The position numbers and the translations under genes were made by a program. A model generated the notes under the pieces. The model saw only the letters and a list, made by a program, of their open reading frames with translations, searched no databases and was not told where the DNA came from. Source: Minisyncoccia bacterium (lineage in GTDB: Bacteria; Patescibacteriota; Minisyncoccia; Phycocordibacterales; UBA9973). Taken from it: a DNA stretch of 39,627 nucleotides. The stretch lies in assembly GCA_039809245.1 (NCBI GenBank), contig JBDHUP010000005.1, forward strand, positions 1 to 39,627, given 5' to 3'. Shown here in pieces: positions 25,863-36,956 of the stretch. Positions within the stretch are counted from its first letter, which is position 1, and each line of letters starts with the position of its first letter.

Positions 25863-28800
25863 ATGAAAAAAACAGCAACCCGCGAGAAGAAGTATTTTAG
25901 TAGTTACAAGAAGCCTCTAGTCGAATTCCCAAACCTAATCGAGAACCAGCTCGTTTCTTTCAACTGGTTGATTGAGTCTGGTCTTAAAGAAGTTTTCAAA
26001 GAATTTTCTCCAATCAATGATTACTCAGAGAAAAAGTTCCAACTTGATTTCACATCATTTTCTCTTGGTGAGCCAAAGTTCGATGAAGAGTATACAAAGA
26101 TAAACAAGTTGACTTACGAAGGTCAGCTTAAAACTCGCGTTAAGCTTCTAAACAAAAGCATAGGGACTTCAAAAGAACAGGAAATATTTATGGCCGATGT
26201 ACCACTCATGACCAAGCATGGTACTTTCATTATAAACGGAGTAGAGCGTGTAATAGTCCCACAATTAACACGTTCTTTCGGTGTATTTTTCACTGAGCAA
26301 GAACTCAAAGGTAAGCGCTATTTTGGAGCAAAGATCATACCTGCTCGCGGTGTATGGATTGAAATAGAGTCTGATCCTGACGGTGGAGTATATGTACGTA
26401 TAGATAAGAAGCGTAAGTTTTCTGTAGCTTCTTTGCTTAGAGTTCTAGGTCTTAATACTGACGAAGCGATAATGAAAGCTTTCGGTAAAGATGAAGAACT
26501 AGTTAAAGCTGTTAAAGTTTGCCTAGAAAAAGACCCAGCAAAAACACTTTCTGACTCATTTATCGAGATATACAAGCGTTTACGCGATGGTGACCTTGCG
26601 ACGGCTGACAATGCTCGTGAATTTATAACAATATTACTATCAAGTGAGCGTTATGACCTTTCTCCAGTTGGACGATTCCGCTTTAACAAGCGATTCGAGA
26701 AGAGTATGGATACAAAGGAAATGGATAGACGCACTATCTCATCTGATGACGTAGTAGCTATCGTTAAGCACATTGTAGAATTAAATAATACTCCACATGC
26801 GAAAGCTGACGATATCGATCATCTTGGCCAACGCCGTGTTCGTTATGTTGGTGAAATGCTACAACAGAAAGTTCGTATGGGTATGGCTCAGATAAAGAGA
26901 AACATACAGGATCGTATGTCTACTATCGATGTAGGTACAACACTTCCAATCCAGATCATCAACCAGCGCCCACTTCAAGCTCGTATTAAAGAATTCTTCA
27001 CAGCCAACCAGCTTTCACAATTCATGAACCAGGAAAATGTTATGGCTGAAGTTGAGCACTTGCGTACACTCTCAGCACTTGGTCCAGGAGGTCTTACTCG
27101 TGAGCGAGCAGGTCTAGAAGTCCGCGACGTGCACACTTCTCACTATGGTCGTGTCTGTCCGATCCACACACCAGAAGGTCCAAACATTGGTCTTATCTTA
27201 CACTTATCTACATATGCCAAGATTAATGAATTCGGAATAATTGAAACTCCATACATAAAAGTAAAAAATGGAAAAATAACTTCTGAAGTTGTCTATTTAA
27301 ACGCACTTGAAGAAGAGAAGTTTAACATTGCTCACGCTGGTATTCCATATGACGAAAAAGGAAATATCTTAGAAGACAGAGTTGAAGCTCGTCTATCTAC
27401 AAAGCCAGGTATGATTTCAAAGAATGAAATTGACTATATTGATGTAGCAACAAACCAAGCATTCTCTGTGGCAACAAGCATGATCCCATTCCTAGAACAC
27501 GATGATGCTCACCGAACACTCATGGGAAGTAACATGCAGAAACAAGCTCTACCTTGTATTATTCCTGAAGCACCACTAGTCGCGACAGGTATGGAAGAGT
27601 TAGCATCTCGCGACTCAGGACGCCTAATAGTATCTGAAGTTTCAGGTACTGTGTCATATGTTGATGCAAAGAAAATCACAGTTAAAGATGATAAAGGTAA
27701 GGAACATGTATATCCACTTATCAGCTTCTCTAGAACTAACAACTTCTCAGTATTTCACCAGCGTCCAAGTGTATCAATGGGAGAGCATGTGAAGAAAGGT
27801 CAGGTTCTTGCTGATACAAGTACAACAGATCGTGGTCAGATCGCTCTAGGTCAGAATGCTCTAGTTGCATTTATGTCATGGGGTGGAGCAAACTACGAAG
27901 ACGCGATCATCCTTTCAGAAAGATTAGTTAAAGAGAGTAAATTTACTAGTATTTATGTTACAGAGTTTATCTGTAATGTTCGTGATACTAAGCTTGGTCC
28001 AGAAATAACAACACGTGATATTCCAAATGTTGGTGAGAATAAATTAAAAGATTTAGATGAAGATGGAATTGTTGTTGTAGGAGCTGAAGTTCGCGAGAAT
28101 GACATCTTAGTTGGTAAAATTACTCCAAAAGGTGAGACTGAGCTTACTCCAGAAGAGCGTCTACTACGTTCAATCTTTACGGAAAAAGCTCGTGATGTGA
28201 AAGATACATCACTCAGGCTTGAGCACGGTAAGCGTGGTCGTGTTGTAGGTGTGAAGATCTTCTCACGAGATCAAGGTCATAATCTAGAATCAGGAATCAT
28301 AAAGAAGATTGTTGTTGAGATTGCTCAAATCAGAAATATCTCAGTAGGAGATAAGCTTGCTGGACGTCACGGTAACAAGGGTGTTATCTCGGTTATTCTT
28401 CCAGAAGAAGAAATGCCATTCATGGCTGATGGAACTCCTGTTGACATTATTCTTACTCCACTCGGAGTGCCATCTCGTATGAACCTAGGACAGGTTCTCG
28501 AAATGCATTTAGGATATGCAGCGAATGCTCTTGGTTATCAAGCCATTGTTCCTCCTTTCTCATCTGCGACAGTTCCAGAAATTAAAGAAGAGCTTGTAAA
28601 AGCAGGTCTACCAGAGAATGGTAAGGTAGTTCTATATGATGGCCGTACAGGAGATGCTTTTGATCAAGATATAGCTATCGGTTATATGTATATGTTGAAA
28701 CTTCACCACATGGTGGAAGACAAATTGCATATGCGTTCAATCGGTCCTTACTCACTTATTACACAGCAACCACTTGGAGGTAAAGCTCAAGGAGGAGGAC

Positions 28801-29033
28801 AGAGATTCGGAGAAATGGAGGTCTGGGCGCTTGAAGGTCATGGAGCTGCATACACGCTTCGCGAAATGTTAACAATAAAATCTGATGATATTATGGGTCG
28901 ATCTCAGACATTCGATGCAATCATTAAGGGTCAAACAATAGGTGAACCTAATGTCCCAGCATCATTTAATGTATTACTCAACTATCTCCGAGGACTTTCT
29001 CTAGATGTTGATCTTAAGAAGTCAGAAGAATAA
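25863..29033 (+). CDS. rpoB: DNA-directed RNA polymerase subunit beta (compact, 1056 aa)
   Basis: Motifs present: GDKLAGRHGNKGVIS, NLGQVLEMHLG, RFGEMEVWALEGHGAAYTLREMLT and MGSNMQKQALP. Confidence 0.98.
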   Translation: MKKTATREKKYFSSYKKPLVEFPNLIENQLVSFNWLIESGLKEVFKEFSPINDYSEKKFQLDFTSFSLGEPKFDEEYTKINKLTYEGQLKTRVKLLNKSIGTSKEQEIFMADVPLMTKHGTFIINGVERVIVPQLTRSFGVFFTEQELKGKRYFGAKIIPARGVWIEIESDPDGGVYVRIDKKRKFSVASLLRVLGLNTDEAIMKAFGKDEELVKAVKVCLEKDPAKTLSDSFIEIYKRLRDGDLATADNAREFITILLSSERYDLSPVGRFRFNKRFEKSMDTKEMDRRTISSDDVVAIVKHIVELNNTPHAKADDIDHLGQRRVRYVGEMLQQKVRMGMAQIKRNIQDRMSTIDVGTTLPIQIINQRPLQARIKEFFTANQLSQFMNQENVMAEVEHLRTLSALGPGGLTRERAGLEVRDVHTSHYGRVCPIHTPEGPNIGLILHLSTYAKINEFGIIETPYIKVKNGKITSEVVYLNALEEEKFNIAHAGIPYDEKGNILEDRVEARLSTKPGMISKNEIDYIDVATNQAFSVATSMIPFLEHDDAHRTLMGSNMQKQALPCIIPEAPLVATGMEELASRDSGRLIVSEVSGTVSYVDAKKITVKDDKGKEHVYPLISFSRTNNFSVFHQRPSVSMGEHVKKGQVLADTSTTDRGQIALGQNALVAFMSWGGANYEDAIILSERLVKESKFTSIYVTEFICNVRDTKLGPEITTRDIPNVGENKLKDLDEDGIVVVGAEVRENDILVGKITPKGETELTPEERLLRSIFTEKARDVKDTSLRLEHGKRGRVVGVKIFSRDQGHNLESGIIKKIVVEIAQIRNISVGDKLAGRHGNKGVISVILPEEEMPFMADGTPVDIILTPLGVPSRMNLGQVLEMHLGYAANALGYQAIVPPFSSATVPEIKEELVKAGLPENGKVVLYDGRTGDAFDQDIAIGYMYMLKLHHMVEDKLHMRSIGPYSLITQQPLGGKAQGGGQRFGEMEVWALEGHGAAYTLREMLTIKSDDIMGRSQTFDAIIKGQTIGEPNVPASFNVLLNYLRGLSLDVDLKKSEE

Positions 29034-29060
29034 TTAGTAACCTAACTATAAACATAATTT

Positions 29061-32000
29061 ATGAAAACAATTGATACAACAGATTTTGATTCAATAACGC
29101 TCAAACTAGCTTCCCCTGAGCGTATTCGCGAATGGTCATATGGTGAGGTTACAAAACCAGAAACAATTAACTACCGTACTGGGCGCTCTGAGAGAAGCGG
29201 ATTATTCGACGAACGTATATTCGGACCAGAAAAAGATTATGAATGTTACTGTGGTAAATACAGACGTATTCGTTATAAGGATATAATATGTGAGAAATGT
29301 GGAGTTGAAGTTACTCGCTCTATAGTTCGCCGTGACAGAATGGGTCACATAGAGCTTGCTTCTCCAGTTGCTCATATATGGTTCTTACGCGGAGTTCCTT
29401 CTCGTATGTCTATATTACTCAATATTCCAGTTAGCGATCTTGAGAAAGTTATCTACTTTGCTGGATATATAATTACAAATGTTCACGAAGAAGAAAAGCA
29501 ATCAATAATTAAAAACCTAGAGAGTGAATTCAAGGCGAAAGTTAAGAGTGCAGGAGATGAAGAATCAAAAGAAAAACTAAAAGAACTTCTAACTAATACA
29601 AAGCGTGAGATCAATGATATCGTCCCGGGTAAAGTATTAAACGAGATCTCATATCATCACTTTGGTTTGAAGTATGGAGCTTGCTTTGAAGCAAGTATCG
29701 GAGCTGAAGCTATATTTACACTCTTCAAGAATCTTGATTTAGAAAAGCTAAAAGCAGAAACTCTAGCTTTAATTCCAAAGGCAAGTGCAATAGAAAAAGA
29801 GAAACTAGAGAAGAGAATGTCACTTATCCGTTCTATGCTTCATTCAGGTATTCGCCCTGAGTGGATGTTCTTGACTGTCATCCCAGTTATACCACCAGCT
29901 CTTCGCCCTATGGTTGCTCTTGATGGAGGACGTCATGCGACTTCTGATCTAAACGATCTATATCGTAGAGTGATCAACCGTAACAATCGTCTAAAGAAGC
30001 TAAAAGAAATAGGCGCTCCAGATGTTATTCTTAGAAATGAAAAGCGTATTCTACAAGAAGCTTGCGATGCTCTTATCGATAACTCAATTGCAAAGCAAAA
30101 TGATTCACAAGCAATCTCAGCTTCTCAGAAGCGAGCTCTTAAATCTCTTTCAGATAATCTAAAATCTAAACAAGGTTTGTTCCGTCAGAACTTGCTCGGT
30201 AAACGTGTTGACTACTCAGGACGTTCAGTTATTGTAGTGGGTTCACAGCTCAAGCTTAACCAGTGTGGTCTTCCGAAGCATATGGCTCTTGAACTATTCA
30301 GACCATTTGTTATCTCAAAAGTTCTTGAAACAGAACTCGCTTTCAACATTCGTGGAGCAAACAGATTAATAGAAGAAGGAGTTCCAGAAGTCTGGGCAAT
30401 TCTTGAAGAAGTTATCCGTGGTAAGTATGTTCTTCTAAACCGCGCTCCGACTCTTCACCGTCTTGGTATTCAGGCTTTCAATCCAATTCTTATCGAAGGT
30501 AATGCTATTCAAGTTCATCCATTAGTTTGTACAGGATTTAACGCTGACTTCGATGGAGACCAGATGGCTGTTTATGTACCACTTTCTGATATGGCTCAAA
30601 GCGAAGCAAGTGATTATATGGCTTCAAACAAGAACCTTTTGAAACCACAAGATGGAGCACCAATTGTAATGCCAAAGATGGATATGATTCTTGGGTGTTA
30701 CTGGATGACTAAATCTGTTGATGGAGAAAAAGGGGAAGGTATGGCATTCTCAAGTCCTAACCAAGCTATTACAGCTTTTGATCTAGGAGTCATTACATTC
30801 AGAGCTAAGATTAAAGTTCTAGGTAGTGATAAGGCTCGCTACTCTGTCTTTGAAGGTAAACCATTCGAAACAACAGTAGGAAGACTATTCTTTAATAGTA
30901 TTTTCCCTGATGATTTCCCATACATGAATGAAGAAATAACCATCAAGCGTATGTCTCTACTTGTTGATGAACTTATAATGCACTACGGTATTGATGCTAC
31001 TCCAAAAGTCCTAGATAAGATAAAAGATTTCGGATTCCAGTATGCTACTTATTCAGGTGTTACTTGGGGTATAGATAATGTACGTGTCCCAGAAGGTAAA
31101 AAAGATATCGTAAGTAAGGCTCGTAAAGAAGAAGCCGTTGTCCGTGAGCAATTCAGTGATGGTTTGCTTTCAGAAGATGAACAATATCAAAAAGTTATTG
31201 AAATATGGGAGCGCGCTAAGAAAGAAATAGAAAAGATAATTCCAGCAACACTAGATACAAAAGGTTCTACTTATGATTTGATCACATCAGGTGCTCGTGG
31301 AAACATGGGATCACTTGTGCAGATGTGTGGTATGAAAGGTCTGATTGTTAACACATCAGGTGCGACTCTCGATTTCCCAATTATTCCATCATATATAGAA
31401 GGTCTTTCTCCTCTTGAATACTTCATCACAACTCACGGTTCACGTAAGGGTGCAGCCGATACTGCTCTAAATACAGCTAAAGCTGGTTACCTAACTCGTC
31501 GTCTTGTTGATGTTGCTCAGGATGTTGTTGTTACAGAAGAAGATTGTGGAACAAAAAATGGTAAGAAGATATTAGCTGTCGATGGAGCCTTTGCTAAGTA
31601 TATTCATGGAAGAGTTTTACTTTCTGACATAAAAGGTGAAGATGGAAAGGTGTTGTTTAAGAAAGGCTCACTCATAATGAAAGAAGATGGTAGATTACTT
31701 GAGAGTCTAGGAATCAAAGAAGCTCTAGTTCGAACTCCACTTTCTTGTGAGACGACACATGGTATTTGCCGAATGTGTTATGGTCTAGATCTTGGAAGAA
31801 ACTGTATGATTGAACGCGGCCAAGCCGTAGGTATTATTGCTGCTCAAGCGATTGGAGAGCCTGGAACTCAGCTTACTCTACGTACATTCCACGCTGGAGG
31901 TGTGGCTACTGTGGATATTACTACAGGTCTTCCTCGTGTTGAAGAAATATTTGAAAGAAGAATTCCTAAGAATCCAGCTATTATTTCTGTGACAGATGGT

Positions 32001-32693
32001 GAAGTTATAGATATAAAAGATAATGGTAAGGAAAAATTAATAAAAGTTTTGTCTGATTCTAAAAATGATGGCAAGAATAATGAGATGGAATACACTGTAG
32101 CTTTCCGACGTCAGCCATTAGTTAAAGTTGGTAGCAAAGTTAAGAAAGGGGATCTGCTTACAGATGGATCAGCTGATATTAATGAAATTGTTAAATATGG
32201 AGGTAAGGAAGTAGCTGAAGAATACATCGTGGATGAAATAAACAAAGTTTATGATTTACAGAGTGCTTCTATTTCAAGAAAGCATATTGAAATTATTATT
32301 CGCCAAATGTTCTCTCGTAAGAAGATTAAAGATGCAGGTGATACTACATTCTCTCCAGGTGAGATAGTTGAAGCTATTGAGTTAATAGAAGAAAATGATC
32401 GAGTAGTAAAAGAAGAAAAAGGTAAACCGGCAGAAGCTACTACTATCGTTTTGGGTATTACCGAAGTTTCTCTAACAACAAAGAGTTGGCTCTCAGCCGC
32501 ATCATTCCAGAATACAAACCGTGTCCTTATTAACAACGCAGTTCGTGGAGGAGTTGATAATCTAAGAGGTTTGAAGGAAAATGTAATAATAGGAAACCTT
32601 ATACCTGCAGGTACTGGCTTTGGAGCAAAGCGCGTAGAAAGAGTTAAAAAAGAAGAAGTATCACAAGAAGGAAACACTGAGGAGTCATTATAA
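29061..32693 (+). CDS. rpoC: DNA-directed RNA polymerase subunit beta'
   Basis: The Zn-binding segment [23 protein letters not shown] is present, with the catalytic [11 protein letters not shown] and [16 protein letters not shown]. The trigger loop/bridge region shows [17 protein letters not shown]. Confidence 0.98.
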   Translation: MKTIDTTDFDSITLKLASPERIREWSYGEVTKPETINYRTGRSERSGLFDERIFGPEKDYECYCGKYRRIRYKDIICEKCGVEVTRSIVRRDRMGHIELASPVAHIWFLRGVPSRMSILLNIPVSDLEKVIYFAGYIITNVHEEEKQSIIKNLESEFKAKVKSAGDEESKEKLKELLTNTKREINDIVPGKVLNEISYHHFGLKYGACFEASIGAEAIFTLFKNLDLEKLKAETLALIPKASAIEKEKLEKRMSLIRSMLHSGIRPEWMFLTVIPVIPPALRPMVALDGGRHATSDLNDLYRRVINRNNRLKKLKEIGAPDVILRNEKRILQEACDALIDNSIAKQNDSQAISASQKRALKSLSDNLKSKQGLFRQNLLGKRVDYSGRSVIVVGSQLKLNQCGLPKHMALELFRPFVISKVLETELAFNIRGANRLIEEGVPEVWAILEEVIRGKYVLLNRAPTLHRLGIQAFNPILIEGNAIQVHPLVCTGFNADFDGDQMAVYVPLSDMAQSEASDYMASNKNLLKPQDGAPIVMPKMDMILGCYWMTKSVDGEKGEGMAFSSPNQAITAFDLGVITFRAKIKVLGSDKARYSVFEGKPFETTVGRLFFNSIFPDDFPYMNEEITIKRMSLLVDELIMHYGIDATPKVLDKIKDFGFQYATYSGVTWGIDNVRVPEGKKDIVSKARKEEAVVREQFSDGLLSEDEQYQKVIEIWERAKKEIEKIIPATLDTKGSTYDLITSGARGNMGSLVQMCGMKGLIVNTSGATLDFPIIPSYIEGLSPLEYFITTHGSRKGAADTALNTAKAGYLTRRLVDVAQDVVVTEEDCGTKNGKKILAVDGAFAKYIHGRVLLSDIKGEDGKVLFKKGSLIMKEDGRLLESLGIKEALVRTPLSCETTHGICRMCYGLDLGRNCMIERGQAVGIIAAQAIGEPGTQLTLRTFHAGGVATVDITTGLPRVEEIFERRIPKNPAIISVTDGEVIDIKDNGKEKLIKVLSDSKNDGKNNEMEYTVAFRRQPLVKVGSKVKKGDLLTDGSADINEIVKYGGKEVAEEYIVDEINKVYDLQSASISRKHIEIIIRQMFSRKKIKDAGDTTFSPGEIVEAIELIEENDRVVKEEKGKPAEATTIVLGITEVSLTTKSWLSAASFQNTNRVLINNAVRGGVDNLRGLKENVIIGNLIPAGTGFGAKRVERVKKEEVSQEGNTEESL

Positions 32694-32714
32694 GTAATCT
32701 TTACAGGGGATATT

Positions 32715-34445
32715 ATGAACTCACCTGTTGAAAAAATAAAAGATAAGCTCTCTATTGTCGATGTGATTTCATCGTACATATCTATAGAGCAGTCTGGCAA
32801 GAACTATAAAGCTCGTTGCCCTTTTCACAATGAGAAAACTCCCTCATTCTTCATTTCTCCAGACCGAAATAGTTACTACTGTTTCGGTTGCGGGGAAAAG
32901 GGTGATATATTTTCCTTTGTAGAAAAATTTGAAGGAACTGATTTTTTAGGATCTTTGAAATTATTAGCATCAAAAGCTGGTGTTTCTTTGTCTGATTATA
33001 GAAATAATAAAACAAATGATAGAAAAGAAGTTTGGTACGAAATAATGGAAGAAGCGACTAGCTTCTTTGAGACTGTTCTAAGTCAGAAACCAGAAGCAAG
33101 GTCATACTTACTTAGTCGTGGAATTAAAGATGAATCTATTTCAAATTTCCGTATTGGATATGCAGAAGATAAATGGCGTTCTGTTTCTGATCACCTTATA
33201 AAAAAGGGTTACAAAAAAGAGGATATAGAATCCGTAGGTTTAATTAAGACTAAGGAAGATGGTTTCTATGATAGGTTCAGAGGAAGAATAATGTTTCCTA
33301 TTAGTGATTCAAGTGGAAGAGTCATCGCTTTTTCTGGAAGAATTTTCGGTAAAGCTGACTCGGCTGAAGAAGCGAAATATCTAAACAGCCCTGACACACC
33401 TTTATTTAATAAATCTAATGTATTATTTGGAATTGATAAAGCCAAAACAGCTATAAGGACAAGAGGTTACAGTATTGTGGTAGAAGGACAAATGGACTTA
33501 ATATTGTCTCACCAGGTTGGTTTTAGTAATACGGTTGCAGTTTCAGGGACAGCTCTCTCTGATAGCACAACTGATAATTCTCTAGAGAAAATAAATAATT
33601 TAGGTCTAATCCGTAGATTGTCACAAAATATTATATTTGCCTACGATGGCGACGAAGCTGGTATTAGGGCTGTTAGTAGGTCTGCGGTTATAGCTCTTTC
33701 GCTTGATATGCAAGTTAAAGTCGCAGTCTTACCAGAAGGTAAAGACCCAGCAGACATAATTAAAGAAGATCCAAATTCATGGAAAGATTATATTAAAGAC
33801 TCAGTTAATATTATAAGCTTTCATATAGATAGAATTTGTAAAAGTACAAATGATATGAGAATTAGAGGTAAGAAGATTAGAGAAATTATTTTCCCCTTTC
33901 TGTCTATGATTAAAAGTTCAATTGAAAGGTCGGCTTATGTAACTGAAATAAACAATAAAACTGGCTTACCAGAGAAAGCCATAATTGAAGATTTTGAATC
34001 ATATGATAGAACCCATGAATCAAACAAAAGTAGTACGTCTCAAATAAATCCTCAAGCATCTTCCAGTAAGCATTCAAGACGAGATTATTTAGAACGTAGA
34101 CTTTTCGGTATTATATTCTGGCAAGGTGACGATGGTTCAGAATCTCCGAAGATAAAAGAATTATGTAATGAATTTGAGAGAGATATAGGGAAAGAAGTCT
34201 TTGAGAATATGATCAAAACACACGAACCATTCAAAGATTCTCTCGCATTCGAAGCCGAAATGTGGTATGGTAGCAAGACTGATACTCTCAGCAAAGATAT
34301 AAAAGAGGTCTTACTCAATATAGAAGAGGAGATTCTAAATGAACAAAAAATATCTTTAAAACCTTTAGATAACGAAGAAAAGCTTAAAAAATTTAATAAT
34401 ATATCAAAGCGTATTGAGGAGATTAAAAAGCAACGTTCAATATAA
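32715..34445 (+). CDS. dnaG: DNA primase
   Basis: It has the CHC2 zinc finger ([30 protein letters not shown]) and TOPRIM motifs ([17 protein letters not shown]). An SD-like AGGGGA lies at 32705-32710. Confidence 0.95.
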   Translation: MNSPVEKIKDKLSIVDVISSYISIEQSGKNYKARCPFHNEKTPSFFISPDRNSYYCFGCGEKGDIFSFVEKFEGTDFLGSLKLLASKAGVSLSDYRNNKTNDRKEVWYEIMEEATSFFETVLSQKPEARSYLLSRGIKDESISNFRIGYAEDKWRSVSDHLIKKGYKKEDIESVGLIKTKEDGFYDRFRGRIMFPISDSSGRVIAFSGRIFGKADSAEEAKYLNSPDTPLFNKSNVLFGIDKAKTAIRTRGYSIVVEGQMDLILSHQVGFSNTVAVSGTALSDSTTDNSLEKINNLGLIRRLSQNIIFAYDGDEAGIRAVSRSAVIALSLDMQVKVAVLPEGKDPADIIKEDPNSWKDYIKDSVNIISFHIDRICKSTNDMRIRGKKIREIIFPFLSMIKSSIERSAYVTEINNKTGLPEKAIIEDFESYDRTHESNKSSTSQINPQASSSKHSRRDYLERRLFGIIFWQGDDGSESPKIKELCNEFERDIGKEVFENMIKTHEPFKDSLAFEAEMWYGSKTDTLSKDIKEVLLNIEEEILNEQKISLKPLDNEEKLKKFNNISKRIEEIKKQRSI

Positions 34446-34456
34446 ATAATAAAAAT

Positions 34457-35734
34457 ATGAGTAAAAAAACAAAGCAAAAACCAAAAAAGAAAGTAGTTAA
34501 AAAAGTTTCAAAGAAGAAACCTATAAAGAAGGTAAAAAAAGCCAAGAAAAAAATAGTTAAAAAAACTATCAAGAAAAAGGTAGTCAAGAAAGTTAAAAAA
34601 GCTTTACCTAAAAAGAAAGCTCTAGTTAAGAAGCCTGCAAAACAGACATCCGCAGAAAAGAAATCTCTTGAACTTGAACAAAAGTCACAAGAGATGATAG
34701 AAAAGGGTAAGAAAAGAGGCTTTGTCACTTATGATGAAATAATTAAAGTTTTCCCAGATATTGAAAACAATATCCTTTTCTTAGATGAATTGTATGAAAA
34801 ATTATCAGCTTCAGGTATCGATGTGCTTGAAGGTGGAAATCTACTCGACTCTGATGGAGAAACAGAGAAAGCTGCTTTAAAATACAGTAAAGATGCTGCA
34901 GCTTATGATTCAATCCAAATATACCTAAAAGAGATAGGGCAATATCCTCTAATTACAGCTTCAGATGAAAAGGATTTAGCTCGTCGTATTGAGAAAGGTG
35001 ACCTTGAAGCTAAGAATTTGCTTGCTCGTGCTAACCTTCGTCTTGTGGTTTCTATTGCCAAGAAATACGTAGGACGTAGTTCAGACCTTACCCTACTTGA
35101 TCTTATTCAAGAAGGGAACTTAGGTTTATTTAAAGCTGTAGAAAAGTTCGATTGGACAAAGGGTTACAAGTTCTCAACTTATGCGACTTGGTGGATACGT
35201 CAGTCTATTACACGCGCACTTGCTGATCAATCTCGCACTATTCGTATTCCAGTTCACATGGTGGAAACTATTTCTAAGTATAAACAAGTAGTACGAAGAC
35301 TTTCTCAGGACCTCGGTCGTGAACCACTTGTTGAAGAAATCGCTACTGAGATGAACTTGGAAGTTGAAAAGATTCACATAATAGAACAGATCAATCAAGA
35401 GACAGTTTCTCTAGAACAACCAATAGGGGACGATGATGAGAAATCAACCCGTGGTGAGTTTATCCCTGATGATAAAATATTACGCCCAGACCAAGATGCC
35501 TCACGTCGTATACTCTCTGATCAAATAAAAGAAGTCCTAGATACTCTAACTCCTAAAGAGCGCAAAATATTGGAACTTCGCTACGGATTAAATGATGGTA
35601 TACAACATACTCTCGAAGAAGTAGGAACTGAGTTTGGTGTTACTCGTGAGCGTATTCGTCAGATTGAAGCAAAGGTTCATGAAAAGCTTCGTAGTAATGA
35701 AAAAATCGCAAGACTTAAGAATTACTTTGACTAA
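34457..35734 (+). CDS. rpoD: Primary-type sigma-70 factor with a Lys-rich (histone-H1-like) N-terminal extension
   Basis: Region 2 shows [29 protein letters not shown] and [16 protein letters not shown]. Region 4.2 shows [22 protein letters not shown]. The first ~62 aa are [61 protein letters not shown]. Confidence 0.95.
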   Translation: MSKKTKQKPKKKVVKKVSKKKPIKKVKKAKKKIVKKTIKKKVVKKVKKALPKKKALVKKPAKQTSAEKKSLELEQKSQEMIEKGKKRGFVTYDEIIKVFPDIENNILFLDELYEKLSASGIDVLEGGNLLDSDGETEKAALKYSKDAAAYDSIQIYLKEIGQYPLITASDEKDLARRIEKGDLEAKNLLARANLRLVVSIAKKYVGRSSDLTLLDLIQEGNLGLFKAVEKFDWTKGYKFSTYATWWIRQSITRALADQSRTIRIPVHMVETISKYKQVVRRLSQDLGREPLVEEIATEMNLEVEKIHIIEQINQETVSLEQPIGDDDEKSTRGEFIPDDKILRPDQDASRRILSDQIKEVLDTLTPKERKILELRYGLNDGIQHTLEEVGTEFGVTRERIRQIEAKVHEKLRSNEKIARLKNYFD

Positions 35735-35736
35735 AT

Positions 35737-35764
35737 AAAAACCTCCTTATAAAGGAGGTTTTTA
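35737..35764. terminator. Bidirectional rho-independent terminator between rpoD and the DsbA-like gene
   Basis: aaaaacctcctt, tata, aaggaggttttt form a perfect 12-bp palindromic hairpin. Confidence 0.85.
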
Positions 35765-35766
35765 TT

Positions 35767-36465
35767 TTATAATTGTTCTGAGATTGATTCATCACCGGTT
35801 TTTAGAAGACTAAACAAAAGGTCTCCATATTTCCAGTATGCATCATTACCTTTTATTTTTGCAACACATTCAGCTGCTACAAGTTTCTCAAATGAATGTT
35901 GATGGAGAGGGTAGTTACGGTAGATCCAACGTACATCACCATTTGATTCTTGAACTATCTTTTTTAGAGTTGGGTGGAACTGTTTACAGTAAGGACACTC
36001 ATAATCAGAGTATTCGACAATAGTTACAGTAGCATTAGGATTTCCCAATATGTGTTCGTCAGAAGTTACTTCTGGTAAGTTACCTGTATATGGCTTGGAA
36101 ACTTTACCAACAAGTGCATCAGCTACTACTTGTTTTACATAATCATATGATTGAGCACCCAAGACTTCAGTTTTCACTCCATCTTTCCCTATAACTACAC
36201 TGTAGGGAGTTCCTCTTTGATCTACTTTAACCATAGCTTCATCTACGCTTTTATTGATACTTGTATTTAGTGCATCTAAGTCAGTCTCTTTGATACAAGC
36301 ATTTAATGCATCTTTAGATACTCCAACTTGTTCTGATATTGTTTTAGGAGCTTTGGCTGGTAGACCACCTTTACTTACTATTACACCTACCATAATAAGA
36401 ACTCCAGCTAAAATAATGGCTGTAGGGGTAGATATCTTTTGTTGTGAATTTGTGTTATTTTCCAT
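35767..36465 (-). CDS. Membrane-anchored DsbA-family thiol:disulfide oxidoreductase
   Basis: It has an N-terminal TM segment (PTAIILAGVLIMVGVIV) and a thioredoxin fold with a CPYC active site (IVEYSDYECPYCKQFHP). I prefer the ATG at 36465; the listed 36468 is a TTG one codon upstream. Confidence 0.88.
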   Translation of the reverse strand: MENNTNSQQKISTPTAIILAGVLIMVGVIVSKGGLPAKAPKTISEQVGVSKDALNACIKETDLDALNTSINKSVDEAMVKVDQRGTPYSVVIGKDGVKTEVLGAQSYDYVKQVVADALVGKVSKPYTGNLPEVTSDEHILGNPNATVTIVEYSDYECPYCKQFHPTLKKIVQESNGDVRWIYRNYPLHQHSFEKLVAAECVAKIKGNDAYWKYGDLLFSLLKTGDESISEQL

Positions 36466-36471
36466 CAAGTT

Positions 36472-36480
36472 ATTATATCA
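36472..36480 (-). promoter_or_regulatory. Extended -10 element (TGaTATAAT on the minus strand) ending 6 nt before the DsbA-like ATG
   Basis: The minus strand reads tgatataat aacttg ATG. The hexamer occupies 36477-36472 and the ATG starts at 36465. Confidence 0.45.
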
Positions 36481-36491
36481 TACAGGCTTAC

Positions 36492-36521
36492 TTGTATACT
36501 ATAACTCTAAGATGGTATAAT
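36492..36521 (+). promoter_or_regulatory. Candidate promoter (TTGTAT - 18 nt - TGgTATAAT) for the DUF378 gene
   Basis: ttgtat lies at 36492-36497, tg at 36513-36514 and tataat at 36516-36521. About 60 nt of leader follow. Confidence 0.5.
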
Positions 36522-36586
36522 GTGAGAGTTAGAAGGTCTATTTATTATTTAATTTTCGATTCTGCCACTTGGTAGATGATTTATAT

Positions 36587-36874
36587 ATGATGACATGTAA
36601 TTGTGGTAAAGGGGGTTGTGGTTGTGCAAAATTTGCATGGGTTCTAGTTATTGTAGGTGCTCTTAACTGGGGTCTTGTAGGAGTTGGAATGCTCGCAGGT
36701 TCTGACTGGAACGTTGTGAATATGTTGCTTGGTTCATGGCCAACTGTTGAGGCTATTGTATACCTATTAGTGGGTATCTCAGCTTTAGTTAAAGTTTTTG
36801 GTTGTCCTTGTAAAAAGTGCAAAGACTGTAAAGTTTCTGCTCCATCAGCAGGTTCTCCAAATCAATCAATGTAA
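36587..36874 (+). CDS. DUF378-family small membrane protein with Cys-rich N- and C-terminal extensions
   Basis: The core VLVIVGALNWGLVGVGML...VEAIVYLLVGISALV matches the DUF378 two-TM pattern (GALNWGLVG). It is flanked by MMTCNCGKGGCGCAKF and GCPCKKCKDCK, giving 8 Cys. The likely start is the ATG at 36587. Confidence 0.75.
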   Translation: MMTCNCGKGGCGCAKFAWVLVIVGALNWGLVGVGMLAGSDWNVVNMLLGSWPTVEAIVYLLVGISALVKVFGCPCKKCKDCKVSAPSAGSPNQSM

Positions 36875-36885
36875 TTTATCTCTAT

Positions 36886-36913
36886 AAAATAGCCCTCTTG
36901 TGAGGGCTATTTT
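36886..36913 (+). terminator. Rho-independent terminator after the DUF378 gene
   Basis: aaaatagccctc, ttgt, gagggctatttt form a perfect 12-bp stem with a T run. Confidence 0.85.
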
Positions 36914-36917
36914 AGCT

Positions 36918-36945
36918 TTGAATATATAGCTATTTATGTTATAAT
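36918..36945 (+). promoter_or_regulatory. Candidate promoter (TTGAAT - 16 nt - TGtTATAAT) for the GT2 gene
   Basis: ttgaat lies at 36918-36923, tg at 36937-36938 and tataat at 36940-36945. The ATG at 36957 implies a very short leader. Confidence 0.55.
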
Positions 36946-36956
36946 GGTGAAACTAT

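Noticed and set aside
32249-32800. Minus-strand 183-aa ORF spanning the rpoC 3' end and the dnaG 5' end
   Set aside because: It is entirely antisense to two strongly supported genes and has no motifs or independent signals.
34423-34728. Minus-strand 101-aa Phe/Leu-rich ORF
   Set aside because: It is the reverse-complement reading of the AAG/AAA-rich Lys tract at the 5' end of rpoD, so it is a compositional artefact.
36538-36822. Minus-strand 94-aa ORF antisense to the DUF378 gene
   Set aside because: The plus-strand reading gives the recognisable DUF378 core (GALNWGLVG) with its own promoter and terminator. The antisense product is Pro/Thr-rich with no features.
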